NCBI RefSeq assembly: GCF_018350175.1
Contig: NC_058369.1
Span: 11,410,001 to 11,474,000 of the forward strand
Origin: Felis catus
Lineage: Eukaryota
Reading direction: 5' to 3'
DNA: 64,000 nt
Shown here piece after piece: positions 28,190 through 40,883 of this stretch. A program made the position numbers and the translations under genes. Below the pieces are notes generated by a model. The model worked only from the letters and a program-made list of their open reading frames with translations, had not been told where the DNA came from and did not search any database. Numbering within the stretch: the stretch's first letter is position 1; every line of letters starts with the position of its first letter.

Positions 28190-31100
28190 ACGTGTGCACA
28201 CGTGGGCTCTAGAGCCAGGCGTACCACTTACCAGCTCCATGCCCTTGCACTCCTGCTCAAGTGACTGAGCTCTCTGGGCGCCAGCTACCTTTTACAAAAC
28301 CAAGATGATACCAGTACCCCATTAGTAAAGTTGTTTTCTTAAGACTTAAGGAAAACATAGAGCTTTTCTTAGAAATCTAGCTCCTGGGCCATAGTATCCA
28401 CACAAATACCCACTAAAACAGACTGCTCATAAACATGTATGCTCAAGCTCCCAGTCTGGGGAAATAGTGGGAAACAGACCCACATTGCAGCTCCATATAC
28501 TGAGGCTGACAAAGACAGCCAGTTGACTCGTGTTTGACTTCACCATTTCAGAACAGGCAAGCGGTAGTAAAACAAAAAAACAAAAAACCCACATACATTC
28601 AGAAAAGATAGTTCTATCCCGTCACAGGGAACCTTTTCACAAAGGGTCATGGATAAAAGAAAAGCACTGCCTCAAGGTGAACAAAGGGAATGTGGGGGTC
28701 TGGAAGGCAAGCGGAAAGAGCGATACATAGGCCAGGGTGGGCATTCAGCTTTCACTCGTACAAGGGTTCCCACAGCAAAGAGGCCCAGAGATGTCCTGGG
28801 AGAGGACCCTGAGGACGGGCAAACTAAGCTACAGGCTGTATGGGCTGCAACTCAAGAGGGCTCCAACACTAGTAACTCAAAACTGCATTCCTGGGATTAC
28901 AAAGATGTGTGTTAGGACTCTGAAATAGATGAACACAAAGGTGGTGTTATTTCCAGACAGCTAATCTGTCAGCTCAATTGTTTCCTAGTGTCAAAAGGAA
29001 AACAAATGAACACACATACACGACTTTATGACTTAGCAGGTTTTTTTTTAATAACTGAAAGCACTTGAGAGCCAAATAATTTTCAGTGAAGCTTGTAAAT
29101 TAAAACAACCTACACATGGATGGCACCATCTTTTACAAAACTTCTGTGTACTCTATCTTGTTTCTCTTAATTACAGAATAGAAAGGGGAAACTGCTCAAG
29201 TAACAAAAATCATGCCTGTACAATAAGACTGTAATACAAGTGAGCAGAGCAATGGGATTAATTAAAGCCAACACCAACAGTAAATGCTTAAATATCCATC
29301 AACACATAACAAGATTAATCTTCAAACTTTAGAGATTAAAGAGCAAAGGAGGTCTTAATATGCACTATTCTTAGAAGTAATAGTTCTTTTGCAACCTCTG
29401 ACAACCCTGCCCCAATTACAGAAGTATGAATTATTCAAGTTTATGAGGTACTGTATTTCCTATTCCTTCCACCATGCAGGAATTTGGGGAGACAGCAGAG
29501 TGGCATCACGCACACCACCTGGAGTAGCATGTTCATATTCCTAAGCATGAACATATTATGCTGAAGAATGATCCCTTGCCATCCCTCAGCATGTAGTTCC
29601 GGTGTATGCGTGAACAAATGTGCCACAGCAGAAAGGAGGCACTAAACCACGATAGGGACCCACAGCCCTAATTCCAAGTATACCCACACCCAACACCACC
29701 AAATGACAGGCTGGCTAGTGGCCCACTGGGCTACCTTCTGCAGCAAAGGCTCCAGGCCAACACCAAATCCTGGAGACAGTTTTACAAACAGCGGCAGCTT
29801 CAGTGAACAAAAACCTCCCTTCTTCTGCAGACACAGATAGGCCCATTCTGACATTCCTCATCCCCAGGAAAGAAAACAAGCTGGAAAAGAGGGATGCACA
29901 GGGGTATTGAGGAAGTCTGCACCACTGTTGACACTCCAGGTTGACAGCTCTATAAAACCCTCCGGAAGATTTTACAAGAACAAACCAAAATGGGCGTTCC
30001 ACGTTGTTTCCAAGTCATACATTTATAAATGCCTGCGAAAGCAAGCTAGCGCGAAAGCAAGCTAGCGCGAAAACAAAAGTCTTCAAAACTACCAAGAGCC
30101 TTTCAATTAACGTAATAATAAATTTTTCATTCTCAAAGTAAAATCCAGGAAATTCACTTTAGTACATACTCCTCGGATGGACTTTAGGGTTCTGAAAACT
30201 GTCTCCCTCAACGGTTCAATGTTCATGCATGTGCATTTTTCCTGGAGAAAGGACCCACGGCATCTGACACAGTCTCAAGATGACCTCTGACCTTCCCTCA
30301 AGCTAAGAATTGAAGTTCTAGTGAGAGGCAGGGCTGGTCTCATCCTTGGCCACTGGATCCTCAATTATTTCTGAGCTCCTTAAAGGACTGCATAAATCCA
30401 ACAGTAAGAACCGCAGGAAAACGATGACCCTAACAATGCTCAACACTTGTTTTTGATTATGGAAATCTGAGCAGGCTTTTTGTAATGCTAGAGGAATGTC
30501 AAGCAGCAGACTTTACAAGAACGAACCTAAGTACAGAAACAGCTTAGCAAATGGCAAAATTACAACTGTAGCTTTCACAGGCATGGATGAAAGATGAACC
30601 CAGTCTACTGAAATGTTCTCCATTACAATTTCATTCATGGAAGCACTTACTGAAATTCATCTACCTGGTCTCTTTTCCAAGTCTTGCCCTGTGCTTCCTC
30701 GAGGGTATAAGCCCAGCTCACCCCTGTGCTTCCTGAGGACTATTTTTCTGCCAAACTGGCTCCAATCACCACTGGGAACCCACATCATCTCACCCACCCA
30801 AAAGAGACTTCGAGACTTGGCTTGACTCCTCTCTCAGCCCCACAGCAGCCCCTCTGCACCCAGGACCTGGTAAGATAAATCCTAGCTTTCATTTCACCCT
30901 CTAACAAAGGATTCAGAATACGTAATCCCTAATACCATCTTCACTTTACCCTTTTCCTGATAACTCACTCTTGGAGTCTAGTTTATGACTTCGTATGGAA
31001 AATTAACTTCCCTCTCAGCCATCCAAAATTTCTTGTTTGCAGTTAGGGAGCACACTTCTTCTAGTGTAAAAGATAGACGTCTTGCTCAACCAAAGTATTC

Positions 31101-31339
31101 CATACCTCATAATGATGAGCAAGATGCTGCTGGAGCTACTGTTTGGGGTGAGCAAATGGAGGGCAGAGATGGGCTACAGGTGCTACGTGTGAGGCAAGGT
31201 TGTTTGGCATTCCCATTCTGCACATGGTCAATGACGGGAAATGATCCAAGGCAGAGTCTTCTGTCATCAGACAGCATTACAAGAGAAGATTCAATCTTGA
31301 CCTTGAGGTCACTATACTAGAAATAGGTAACAAGCTCTG

Positions 31340-31476
31340 ATGTCCCTGTTTGAGCCCCTAGATTTGACTGTGCCTGAGCCCTACCCACTCCAGACTTATG
31401 TTCACATCACCCAACAGACTTCCCTTTTAAGTAGTTTTATGTTTGTTACTTATACCAGAAAGACCTAACCAATACA
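31340..31476 (+). mobile_element. MLT1 (MaLR) LTR 3' fragment
   Basis: tttgagcccctagat...gtgcctgagcc...ttgttacttataccagaaagacctaaccaataca. Confidence 0.5.
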
Positions 31477-31489
31477 ACTATTTCCTTAA

Positions 31490-31494
<5 letters not shown>

Positions 31495-31541
<47 letters not shown>
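31495..31541 (+). repeat. (GA)n microsatellite
   Basis: Visible directly. Confidence 0.95.
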
Positions 31542-31545
<4 letters not shown>

Positions 31546-31606
31546 TCTTAATTTAAACATCGGGAGGACGCATCAGAGAATAAAGGACAGGTAGCTTGCC
31601 TTACAC

Positions 31607-31983
31607 ACTTAAAGAGACAAAAGGCCCTAAATGGAGTCACTTGTGCTAAGCCCCACAGTCACCAAACTGAGACTTAATACCTAATCATGGTTTCAACTTC
31701 TGCGAGAGGTGGAATTTTTAACCAGTCTGGAATTACCTGGCCAGCACCAGTGAGGTCATCTGCCCAACAGCCCCCAGCCCCCAAAGGAAGGTGACCCTGC
31801 CTAAAACAACCTGTTTCTTTGCATTTCTAACTTCATCCCACCCCCTTCTACTTATAAAAACCTTTCATTTTATACAGCTCTTTGGAGCGCCTTTCTATTT
31901 ACTGGATGAGATGTCGCCCAATTAATGAATCATTGAATAAAGCCAACTAAGATCTTTAAAATTTGCTCAGTTGAATTTTAACA
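31607..31983 (+). mobile_element. Probable ERV1-class solo LTR
   Basis: aaggccctaaatggagtcacttgtgctaagccccac start, TATAAAA near 31853, AATAAA at 31936-31941, ends ttttaaca, acac flanks. Confidence 0.6.
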
Positions 31984-33194
31984 ACACACACAAAACACTA
32001 TATCCTTCTTGTTTTGCCGACTGCAGTCTGCTGACAACCTTCAGCACTACGTGCTTCCTCAACTCTCAGAGCTGCTCCACCCCCTACAGAGCGTTTAGCA
32101 AACAGTGGTACAAGGAAGAAAAGAAACTAAAGATCAATGCAATTCACCTGCTACTGGAAAGCATATACAGTAGTCACCCTTGGACAAATGATGAAGAAAC
32201 AAACTGCAAAAAGGTTAAAAAAAAATACCATCAAGGTACCCACAGTTACAATTGGATATTATCTAAAATATTATTTCACACTGTTCTGACATGACCCACA
32301 GTAACATACACCTTTTATCATGTACATCACAATACATAAAATCAAAGAAAAGGTTTTATAAAATCCTCTTGAATGTGTGAGACACTTTCCAACATTTCTT
32401 TTTTTTCCCCCTTAAACAATGATTGCAACCTTTTCAGTTCACATCATTACCCACAGTTTGAAAAAGACAGATATAAAACGAGTGACTTTCTCTTAAAATC
32501 TAGATTCTGGTCAAAGTTCTCTGGAGCCCAAACCTGTTATCCCATTTTACATATGAAAAATTGAGTCTTGAGAGGATACACGACTAGTCCAATGTGAGTA
32601 CAGCGTGCCCCTGCCCCCCCCCACCCCCCACCACTGGCAGGTTCCACCCTCCTTGCAGTTCTTCAGTTCTCCGGTTTCACCCCTCACAGTAACAATCTGC
32701 TCCCACCAAATATGTTTCCTCAAAAAACAATGAAAATGTTTCAGATGTAAAATCCCCAAATTTATCTCACCCCCACCCTTTGAACACAAAATAAAAACAG
32801 TCTCAAAGGCCAATTTGCCCACAGATGTGTTATGTGTTACTGCCTGGGGTAGGACAAGTGGGGACATTAGTCACACATGAGGATGTGGGAATTACTAATT
32901 CCTGTTTCTGGAAATTGCATAATACCAAGCCCAACACCTCTCCCCTGGTACTGCTTCCACAGTGTGCCAGTGCCTCTTGACCTGACAGCAACAAGGAACA
33001 AACAAGGAGTTTCAGCCTTAAGTGGACACCAAGACAAGGAAGGTGACCACATGCAAAGTAGAGCCTGGACAACTTTTCTCAAAGCCCTTCAGGCAGAACA
33101 AAGCAATCACTCCCTTCAGACCCCACTCAATCTAAATATAATACAGATGTTAACCACCCCCCACCTTCTGTCTACCTGCCAATGCTCAGGTATA

Positions 33195-33300
33195 CAGACC
33201 CCACTTTACCAATAAGGAAACTGAGGTCTAGAACCATTAGGTAACTTGCCCGAGGTCAAGACCAGAAGGGGTCAGGGCTGGGACTGAACTCTGACAGTGG
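33195..33300. mobile_element. MIR SINE fragment
   Basis: aggaaactgaggtctag...ggtaacttgcccgaggtca MIR core. Confidence 0.65.
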
Positions 33301-33499
33301 ACTCCACAGTTATTCCTCTCCAGTGACACAGCTCCAACCAAGTCTGCTCTCCATAGCCCAAAGACCTGGAACTTCCTGTATTAGGCGAAACAGGCCAATA
33401 CTTCTCCAAGAAAAAGATCACAGAATAGCCTATACCTAGAATGAACTATAAAAAGTCTTCGTAATTATGTCACAGTTCAAAAGGAAAAAATGGGGGGAA

Positions 33500-33733
33500 G
33501 GGCACCCGGGGTAGCTCAGTCAATTAAGCATCTACTTGGGTTTCGGCTCAGGTCATGATCTCACAGTTCCTGACATTGACCCCCACATCGGGGGCTCTGC
33601 ACTCACAGTGAGGAGCCTGCTTGGGATTCTCCCTCCCTCTCCTCCCCTCTCCTCCCCTCTCCTCTCCTCTCTCTCTCTCTCTCTGCCCCTCCCCCGCTTG
33701 TGTTCTCTTTCTCAAAAGAAATAAAATTTAAAA
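33500..33733 (+). mobile_element. Can-SINE
   Basis: gggcacccgggtagctcag...CT tract...A tail. Confidence 0.88.
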
Positions 33734-35120
33734 AGAGAGAGAAATGACATATTCATCCAAGTACCCTTAATTTGCAGTCAAATGCTCAGATTTGGCTGAT
33801 TTCTGAAAGATACTCTCCAGGTGGGTTTAACACAAACAAAAAACCCCCCATGTGATACTGGATCCTGATGGTCCCCAGGAAGGGTGACTGACATCAACTA
33901 GTTCTTGTGGTCAACAAGGCCCAAAGTAGCAGGACTGTAGCTTTCCATCCAGAACTCCACTTGCCTGGTCCATCCAGCTGCCTGCCTCTCTTCCAGGGAG
34001 ATCCCAACTCGTGACACAAACCTTCCCGGAGACCAGAATCCTTTTTTCAAGCTCAGATGTCAACATAATTCAAATTAGGGCCAAAGGGGGCAAAGAAGGT
34101 AGAGAGAGATGCAGTGCTTATGCTCTAGAAAAATTTTAGTCCACCAGCGACTTCTGGCACCCTGGCCACTGCCTTTACTCACATAACCCGTTTTTAATGA
34201 AATAGAAAAGTTACATTTTAGGCCCAAGAACACACATTACCTTTCCCGGCTGGATCATTTCCCCAAACGCTGCAGCCAACACCACAGAGTGAATGCCCTC
34301 AGAGCTGAACTTCCCCTAATCCCATTACCTACCACCACTTTTAATCTCAGTATCAGATAAAAACAAATCCTCACTTAAAAAAAAAAAAAAAAAAAACAAC
34401 CAAAACAAAAAATCCAACCCTCACTTGAAATCACCTTCTCCAAATGATCTCCACTCATAGTTCAATTCAGAAGACACAACAAGGCTGGGGGGAGAGGGGG
34501 CACGTCTAGAAGGCACCTGGCGGCACAACATCCCGAAGTGCCGGCTGCTACACCTTCGCGGCCCTCTGGCATTCTACTCTCAGACCTGGCTGCCTCTCCG
34601 CACTTCAGTTCTTCCCCCTGGGCAATGACAGCAAGTGCGTAGTAGCTACCCGCGAGAGGGCACAGCCTCATTTTACTCTAAACTGAAAAATGGGCAGGTG
34701 AAATTTGCAGGAGGCTGAGACAGGTTGAAATCCTGGCAGCAGGGCCAGGATTCAAACTGGGGTCTGTGACACGCTTGTGGTATCAGTCTTTGGAGTGGGC
34801 CAGCAAAAATGAGACAGGACTGGATGCCAACAGGCTGCTTAAGCCCTTTCCAGTCACCCTTCCCCAGAGTATTCAGATAACACTAGGCTCCTATCACCTG
34901 ATTAGGAATTCTGAGGCTTGATTTCAGGAAACAAAGTCCAAGTCTAACAGGAGAGAGTAGAAAGGTCAAAGAGCAAGATGTCAAGACACATCTGCTTCTC
35001 AGATGCCTTCAGAACACACCAAAGAGGACGCTCTGTTTTTACCCAATTGCTTTCTGAGGGGGAGGGGGGACGTTAAAAAACAAAAAACCAAAACTCAGCC
35101 TTATTAAACAAGACTCTGTT

Positions 35121-35322
35121 GGGGCACCTGGGTGGCACAGTTGTTAAGCGTCCAACTCTTGATTTCAGCCCAAGTTATGATCTCATAATTCTGTGAGTTC
35201 GAGCCCCACATCAGGCTCCGTGCTGACAGTGTGGAGCCTGCTTGGGATTGTCTCCCTCTCTCTCTGCCCCTTCCCTGCTCTTCCTCTCTTTCAAAAATAA
35301 ACTTAAAAAGTAAAATAAATAA
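35121..35322 (+). mobile_element. Can-SINE with TSD taaacaagac.ctgt
   Basis: Head, body and tail plus flanking duplication. Confidence 0.9.
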
Positions 35323-36214
35323 ACAAGACCCTGTGTCAAGCTGTGATTGGAGAAATGGGACATTCATGGAACTTTTCTGGAAAACGGATTTGTATCAAGT
35401 TTGAAAGAATGCACACCCTCTGATCCAGTGATTCCCTCTCTAGACATGAAAAAGGAGGAAACCTGAAGACAAGGTCTAAAAATAGAATTATGGTACATTC
35501 ATATGATAAAATCTAGGCAACTATTTAAATAGAGCATTCTGGAAATGTTCACAACGTAATGTTTTTTGAAAACTTAAGAGTATAATCAATTTTGTTACTA
35601 ACACGAAAAATTGAAATAAAAATGAGGGTAAAGGACAGTTTTTGACATCTAACGTTAACATTGTTATTTTTCAAATTATTTCAAATGACCACGAACTACT
35701 TTGTTTTTGCTTAAAGAAAAAACAAATCTCACAATCTCATTTTCAAATGACATAAACCAATCACTGCTATTCCCTTTCAGGGTTCAGTCAAGAATTGGAC
35801 AGATGGCTGTTTGCCCTAACTGTGACAATGGACTTCATCTATTTCTTTAGAAGAGAATATATCCCATGATTTAAGCTAGATGTGCGCATGCAGTTTGAGA
35901 AGTTGTAGCCTATTTAGGCTGAAAAAGAAATTTTAAGGGTTTTAACAGTTACCCTTTTCAACACAAGTTTGGGGTTCATCTTCCAAATGGTTTTCTGTGC
36001 CTTACCAGCATTTTAAACTGTTCTCTAAGAATGTACAATTTTTAAAAACTAAGTTGGGATCAAACTAGGCAGGCTGTTCTACATGCAACACGCAGACATC
36101 CTTGCACTTCCATTCCCTCATTTTTTTGTAATGGGTACACCCATAACCCATTAAGCTTTTCTTTTAACCCCTTGTGAAAGCACTAGAAAATCAAGGCAGT
36201 TAAAAAGTCATTGC

Positions 36215-36785
36215 ACACCCTCAAACAGTTACCATGACCAGCAATTACACTTGTTAAGTAGCTACCCCAGAGAAAATACACACGTCCGCACAGAATCTTG
36301 TGCGTGAATGTTCACAGCAGCACCATTCACAACAGCCAAAGTGGAAACAACCCAAATATCCACCAACTACTGAATGGATAAACAAAACGTGGCATGTATT
36401 CACATAATGGAATATCATCCAGTAATAAAAGGAATGAAACAGTGATTCGTGCTGTAGCACAAAGCACGAAAACATTATACTCAGAGGTCAGACATGAAAG
36501 GCTACATATTGTATGATTTTTGAAATATCCAGGATACACAAATTCATAGAAACAGAAAATAGATTAGTGGTTGCCATGTGTTGCGGGGGGGGGGGGTAAG
36601 GGGGGGAGGGATGGATGGAGAGTGACTGCTAATGTATAGGGGTTTCTTTTGGGACAGATGCAAATGTTCTAACATTGGTTGTGGTGATCGGTGCACAACT
36701 CTGAATATACTAGGAACTATTGAAATGTGCACTTTAAACCAGGGAACTGTAACGTGTGTGAACTGTATCTCAACAAAGCAGTTCT
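36215..36785 (+). mobile_element. L1MB 3'-end fragment
   Basis: cagcaccattcacaacagccaaagtggaaacaacccaaatatcc...gaactgtatctcaacaaagc. Confidence 0.88.
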
Positions 36786-36794
36786 TTCTTTAAA

Positions 36795-37000
36795 GGGGCA
36801 CCTGGGTGGCTCAGTAGGTTAAGCATCCAACTCTGGATTTCGGCTCAGGTCATGATCTCACAGTTTGTGAGTTCCAGCTCTGCGTTGGGCTCTGTGCCGA
36901 CAGCACAGAGCCTGCTGGGATTCTCTCTCTCTCTCTGCCCCTTTTCCGTTCGTGTTCTCTCTCTTTCAAAATAAATAAATAAACTTAAAAAAAAAGAAAG
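36795..37000 (+). mobile_element. Can-SINE
   Basis: ggggcacctgggtggctcag head and A tail. Confidence 0.9.
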
Positions 37001-37598
37001 AGATTGGTGGGATTTTACAATAATAGTGTAATGCTCAAGTTATATACAATTTATACTCAATAAAATGTTGGGGAATGAATACATCAAAACATGAACCTAT
37101 CAAAGAAAACTCACTTTTTGTCTCCCCCGTGAATATAGTATGAGCTCAGGAACTAATCACTTGAAACTGATTGGGCAATTATATACACATGAAACCCGAA
37201 TTTTACAAAAACAAAACAAAAACAACAAAAAAAGACTCAATGTTTAACAACACGCGCACAAATCAAGTTTTTATTAAAAACATGAGAGTCACATTAAGAA
37301 ATGCTATCCATACATGTTTATTACCCACTTCATCTCCCTCTTAAAAATACTTTTCCCAGGCCAATGCTGAACCACAGCCCAAACCCACTCACCACATTTC
37401 AAACTAAGTGGGAAATGTACAGTAGACAGTGCACAGAAGCTACTGCATGCCACACTGCAAGTTTACTGCAATTTCTGGACCTTAACATCATAGTTAAAAT
37501 TCACATTCCTTGCAAATCACTACTGACCAACCATATCCCCTCCTAACGATATTAAGAGGAATTACTTGCATTTGGTATTAAGGACATGCCAAATTCTT

Positions 37599-37833
37599 TT
37601 TTTTTTTTTAATTTTTTAAAAAAAGTTTATTTATTTTTGAGAGAGACAGAGTGAGAGAGACAGAGTGCAAGCAGGGGAGGGGCAGAGAGAGAGGAAGACG
37701 CAGAATCCCAAGCAGGTTCCAGGCCCTGAGATGTCATCACAGAGCCTGACAGAGGGCTCGAACCCACAAACCGTGAGATCATGACCTGAGCCAAAGTCAG
37801 ACACTTAATTGAGTGAACTACTGAGGAGCCCCT
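37599..37833 (-). mobile_element. Can-SINE with 17-bp TSD ggacatgccaaattctt
   Basis: TSD at 37582-37598 and 37834-37850. Confidence 0.92.
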
Positions 37834-40149
37834 GGACATGCCAAATTCTTGCTCACTTATCTTTCCAGTTTGTTCACTCTAAGAATATTTTAGGTCCTCT
37901 TCTAGGCGCTGAGAATACAATACGGACTTAAAATAGGTAAAACCAAGCAAACAAAACCCTGCCCGCATGGAACTCACATTCCAGTAAAAAATTAAAATAA
38001 CTTAAAATTTTATTTTTACAAACTCATGTCTAATGAATTAAAAACAAACTGTCAGCATCTGCAAAGAATCCCCACAATTCTCACCTTGCAAACGCGCAGT
38101 CTTTGCGAACCAGCAAAACTCACAAAGATCTATGAAATATTAGTAGCACTTTCCAATGTCAAGCTTTCCTTTCCTTCTTATACATTTGCCAGGAACATAA
38201 AGACAAACATCTACTTTGTAAGTTCATTCAAAATCGGAAATTGAAACACTTTACAATTGACACATGACAGCGGGTTGTCAAAGGATTTAACAGCCCAGAG
38301 TCTACAAATCATTGATGTACCAAACGGTTTTTACTTTAAATTAATAACAAGGACTCCAATCTTCTAGGTCTGTAAATCTCAAGTCATTCAATAACCTGAA
38401 TTGTGTAACAGAAAAATATTGCATCCCCCCCAACCTTCAAAAACAAAAGTGCAATTTAGTACAAAGATCACAACAACTGGCTCAAAAGAGTAACTTTTGG
38501 AAACAAAGTCTAAATTCCTTTGAACAATTCAATAATTCAGTGGCAATTTTACAAAGCAGCCGCCAATTCTCTTGCAATTCTTCAGCAGTTTTTCTTTTCT
38601 CCTTATCCCCATCCAAGCTAGAGAAGCTAGCCATACTAGCACCCTAGAACAGCCAACTTGTCCTTAATATGTAGCCCCTTTCAAGTTCGAACGTTCATCT
38701 GTAGGCAGAGCTCCTCCTCTTCAGCAAATTGGCTGTGCTGAATTCTAGCTAGACACAACAGAGGTGGGATCATCTCCTTCCAGTTAAAACCAACTAAAAT
38801 GAACTTAAGTGCTTTTCTCCACAGCTTGACCTCTTGGATACTATGTTTCCTACCACGGAAAGGGGTATGGTGGATAACAGAGGAGCAATGCATTTTGTTT
38901 CAGATCACGCTTTTCCTTCTGGACTTAAGTCAATGGGAACCATCTGAGAGGTTTATCTTCCTCAGGTTGAAGTTTGGGGGGAGAAGAGCTTGGTTGTCTG
39001 TAATACCTTGAAGGAAAGATAATCCCCACCCAAATTAAACTGAGAGGAGGAATGCTTTATTAAGTTACTGGCGAGATCATAAAACAGACTGTACCACCTC
39101 CCAAAACCCACTTAGAACTGAAAACATTCATAAATCCTGTCGAGTATAGCTTTACCACTAACAGACTACAAACTCTAAGGACTAACAACTTAGGGAACTT
39201 GACAGCCCCATTCATAAAAATCTCCCAACCATTATTACACCACCAAAGAGCCACTGACTTACAGGCACAGAGACTTGGTTTTCGTAAACACGGACAGGTA
39301 GAGCCCTCCCAAAGGGAAGCAAAGACACTTCAATTCTCAGAAAGCACAGACTCCAAGAGGTCACTTCTTGCATCCAAAACACACACACCAAATTGAACCC
39401 AAAGACCAAGACCACACACCTCACCAGGTTGCAGAAAACACGGAGTGAAAAATAAAAATAATATTTCAAAAAACAATGCTGTGGTCCTGAGTAAATGGGA
39501 GGTCAGCCACTTAGCAAAAGCACATGACTCATCCACGGGCCTGAATGCAAGTATTTACACTGTCCACTATACCAAACTGGGATTTCCCATTTTCATCCAA
39601 GGCCGGGCCTTGGGGGCGGCCGGGTGAAGTTGTGCTGTTTCCGTTTTTTTTTTTTTTTTGGGGGGGGGGCTGTGTCATTTTATTTCGCTGAATCACAACT
39701 CCCCCACATCCCCACCCCAAACCACCACCCCAGACAACACAACGAACAGAAGAGGCCGTGGCAAGGACGCCAGCGAGCATCGACCGAGCAAAACAAAGCG
39801 CCCAGCGCACGGCTGCCAGGCTGGGAGTGGGTAGGTAAAGGGGGTCAGGCTCGCCCCACACAGCACCGCTCCCACCCCCGGGGGTGTCTCCCGGCAGGCG
39901 TGCCGCGGCAGCCTCCTCCCTCCCCCTGGGGACCAGACCCATTCTCCGCAGAGCTCCGGGGACCGCCGGGAAGGCGAGGAAATGGGGGCGGGGGCGCGCT
40001 GCCCCAGCTCGGGCAGGAGGACCCAGGCGACAGGGGAGCGCGCGCTGAGCCCGGCCCACGTGAGCGCCCGGGCAGCGTCCGAGCCAGCCCTGGGGGACCG
40101 CGGATGGGGACAACGGCGCCCGTGGCCACCACGCCGGGCCCGGACTTAC

Positions 40150-40245
40150 CGGGGCCGGGCGCGCCGCGGAGCCCGCGGCGGCCGCTTCCTCCTCCTCCTC
40201 CTCCTCCTCCTCACTTGACAAAATGGCGGCGGCAGGAAGTGCCGG
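40150..40245 (-). other. BRD4: Probable alternative BRD4 first exon (non-coding)
   Basis: ETS motif (CACTTCCTG) and YY1 motif (GCCGCCATTTTG), then (GAG)8 and a strong donor CCG|GTAAGT. Confidence 0.6.
40219..40241 (+). promoter_or_regulatory. YY1 (CAAAATGGCGGC) and ETS/GABPA-like (CAGGAAGTG) motif pair
   Basis: Adjacent consensus motifs typical of CpG-island TSSs. Confidence 0.65.
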
Positions 40246-40535
40246 GCGCTTCGGCCCGCCCCCCGCCCGCCCCCGGCCACCCGCCCCGCCGCGGCGCCCG
40301 CGCCCCCCACCCGCGCCCCCGCCCCGCCGGCCGGCCCAAGCCGGGGGGCGGCGGCGCCAACGACCGAGCACCCGCGAGCGACCGGCCACTCCGACGCCAA
40401 CGGCGCAGGCGGCCCCGGCCGGGCGCAAGCGGCACGGCGCGCGGACGCGGGAGGCCCGCAGGCCCGAGCCCGCGTCGCCCCGGCCTCCCCGCCCCCGCGC
40501 CGCGCCGATGGCGTAGGTGCTGGCGCACCGGCCCC

Positions 40536-40545
40536 ATTACGCAAT
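40536..40545. promoter_or_regulatory. C/EBP or PAR-bZIP type site ATTACGCAAT
   Basis: AT-rich near-palindrome standing out within the GC-rich island, just inside intron 1. Confidence 0.45.
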
Positions 40546-40838
40546 GCAGGTTACGCGGGCCGCGCCGCGGGTCCCCGCCGGCCGCCCCGCGCCGCCCGCC
40601 GCCCCGAAGGGCACCGGTCCTCACCTGAGACGCTAGGCCGCACGCCGCCCCCGCCGGCCGCCCGCTGCCGCCGCCCCCTCTTCTTCGGGCTGCCTGCGCG
40701 GCGCCGGGGCCCGCCCGCCGCGCCCGCCGCTCCGCCGCGCTCACAGGCCCCGCTCGCCTGCGGGCACTGCCGGCAGCCGCTGCCGCCGCAGCCACCGCTT
40801 CGGCTCCTCGGCTGCGGGAGAGCAGAACAAACAGCCCT

Positions 40839-40868
<30 letters not shown>
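40839..40868 (-). repeat. (GGC)10 trinucleotide repeat in the BRD4 5' UTR
   Basis: Ten perfect GCC units on the + strand. Confidence 0.95.
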
Positions 40869-40869
<1 letters not shown>

Positions 40870-40875
40870 GCGCAC

Positions 40876-40883
40876 TGACGTCA
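40876..40883. promoter_or_regulatory. Full CRE palindrome TGACGTCA at the BRD4 TSS
   Basis: Exact CREB/ATF consensus inside the CpG island. Confidence 0.7.

Larger units (their letters stand above)
1..40624 (-). other. BRD4: BRD4 intron 1 (continues beyond the window start)
   Basis: Begins at the GT donor of exon 1. No BRD4 coding sequence (MSAESGPGTRLR...) is seen in the window. Confidence 0.8.
40625..40883 (-). other. BRD4: BRD4 non-coding exon 1 (5' UTR; TSS approximate)
   Basis: Minus strand GACGTCAGTGCGCTGGCGGCGGC...GGGCTGTTTGTTCT...CGGCCTAGCGTCTCAG|gtgagg resembles the recalled human BRD4 mRNA 5' end. Consensus donor; no ATG in the exon. Confidence 0.85.
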
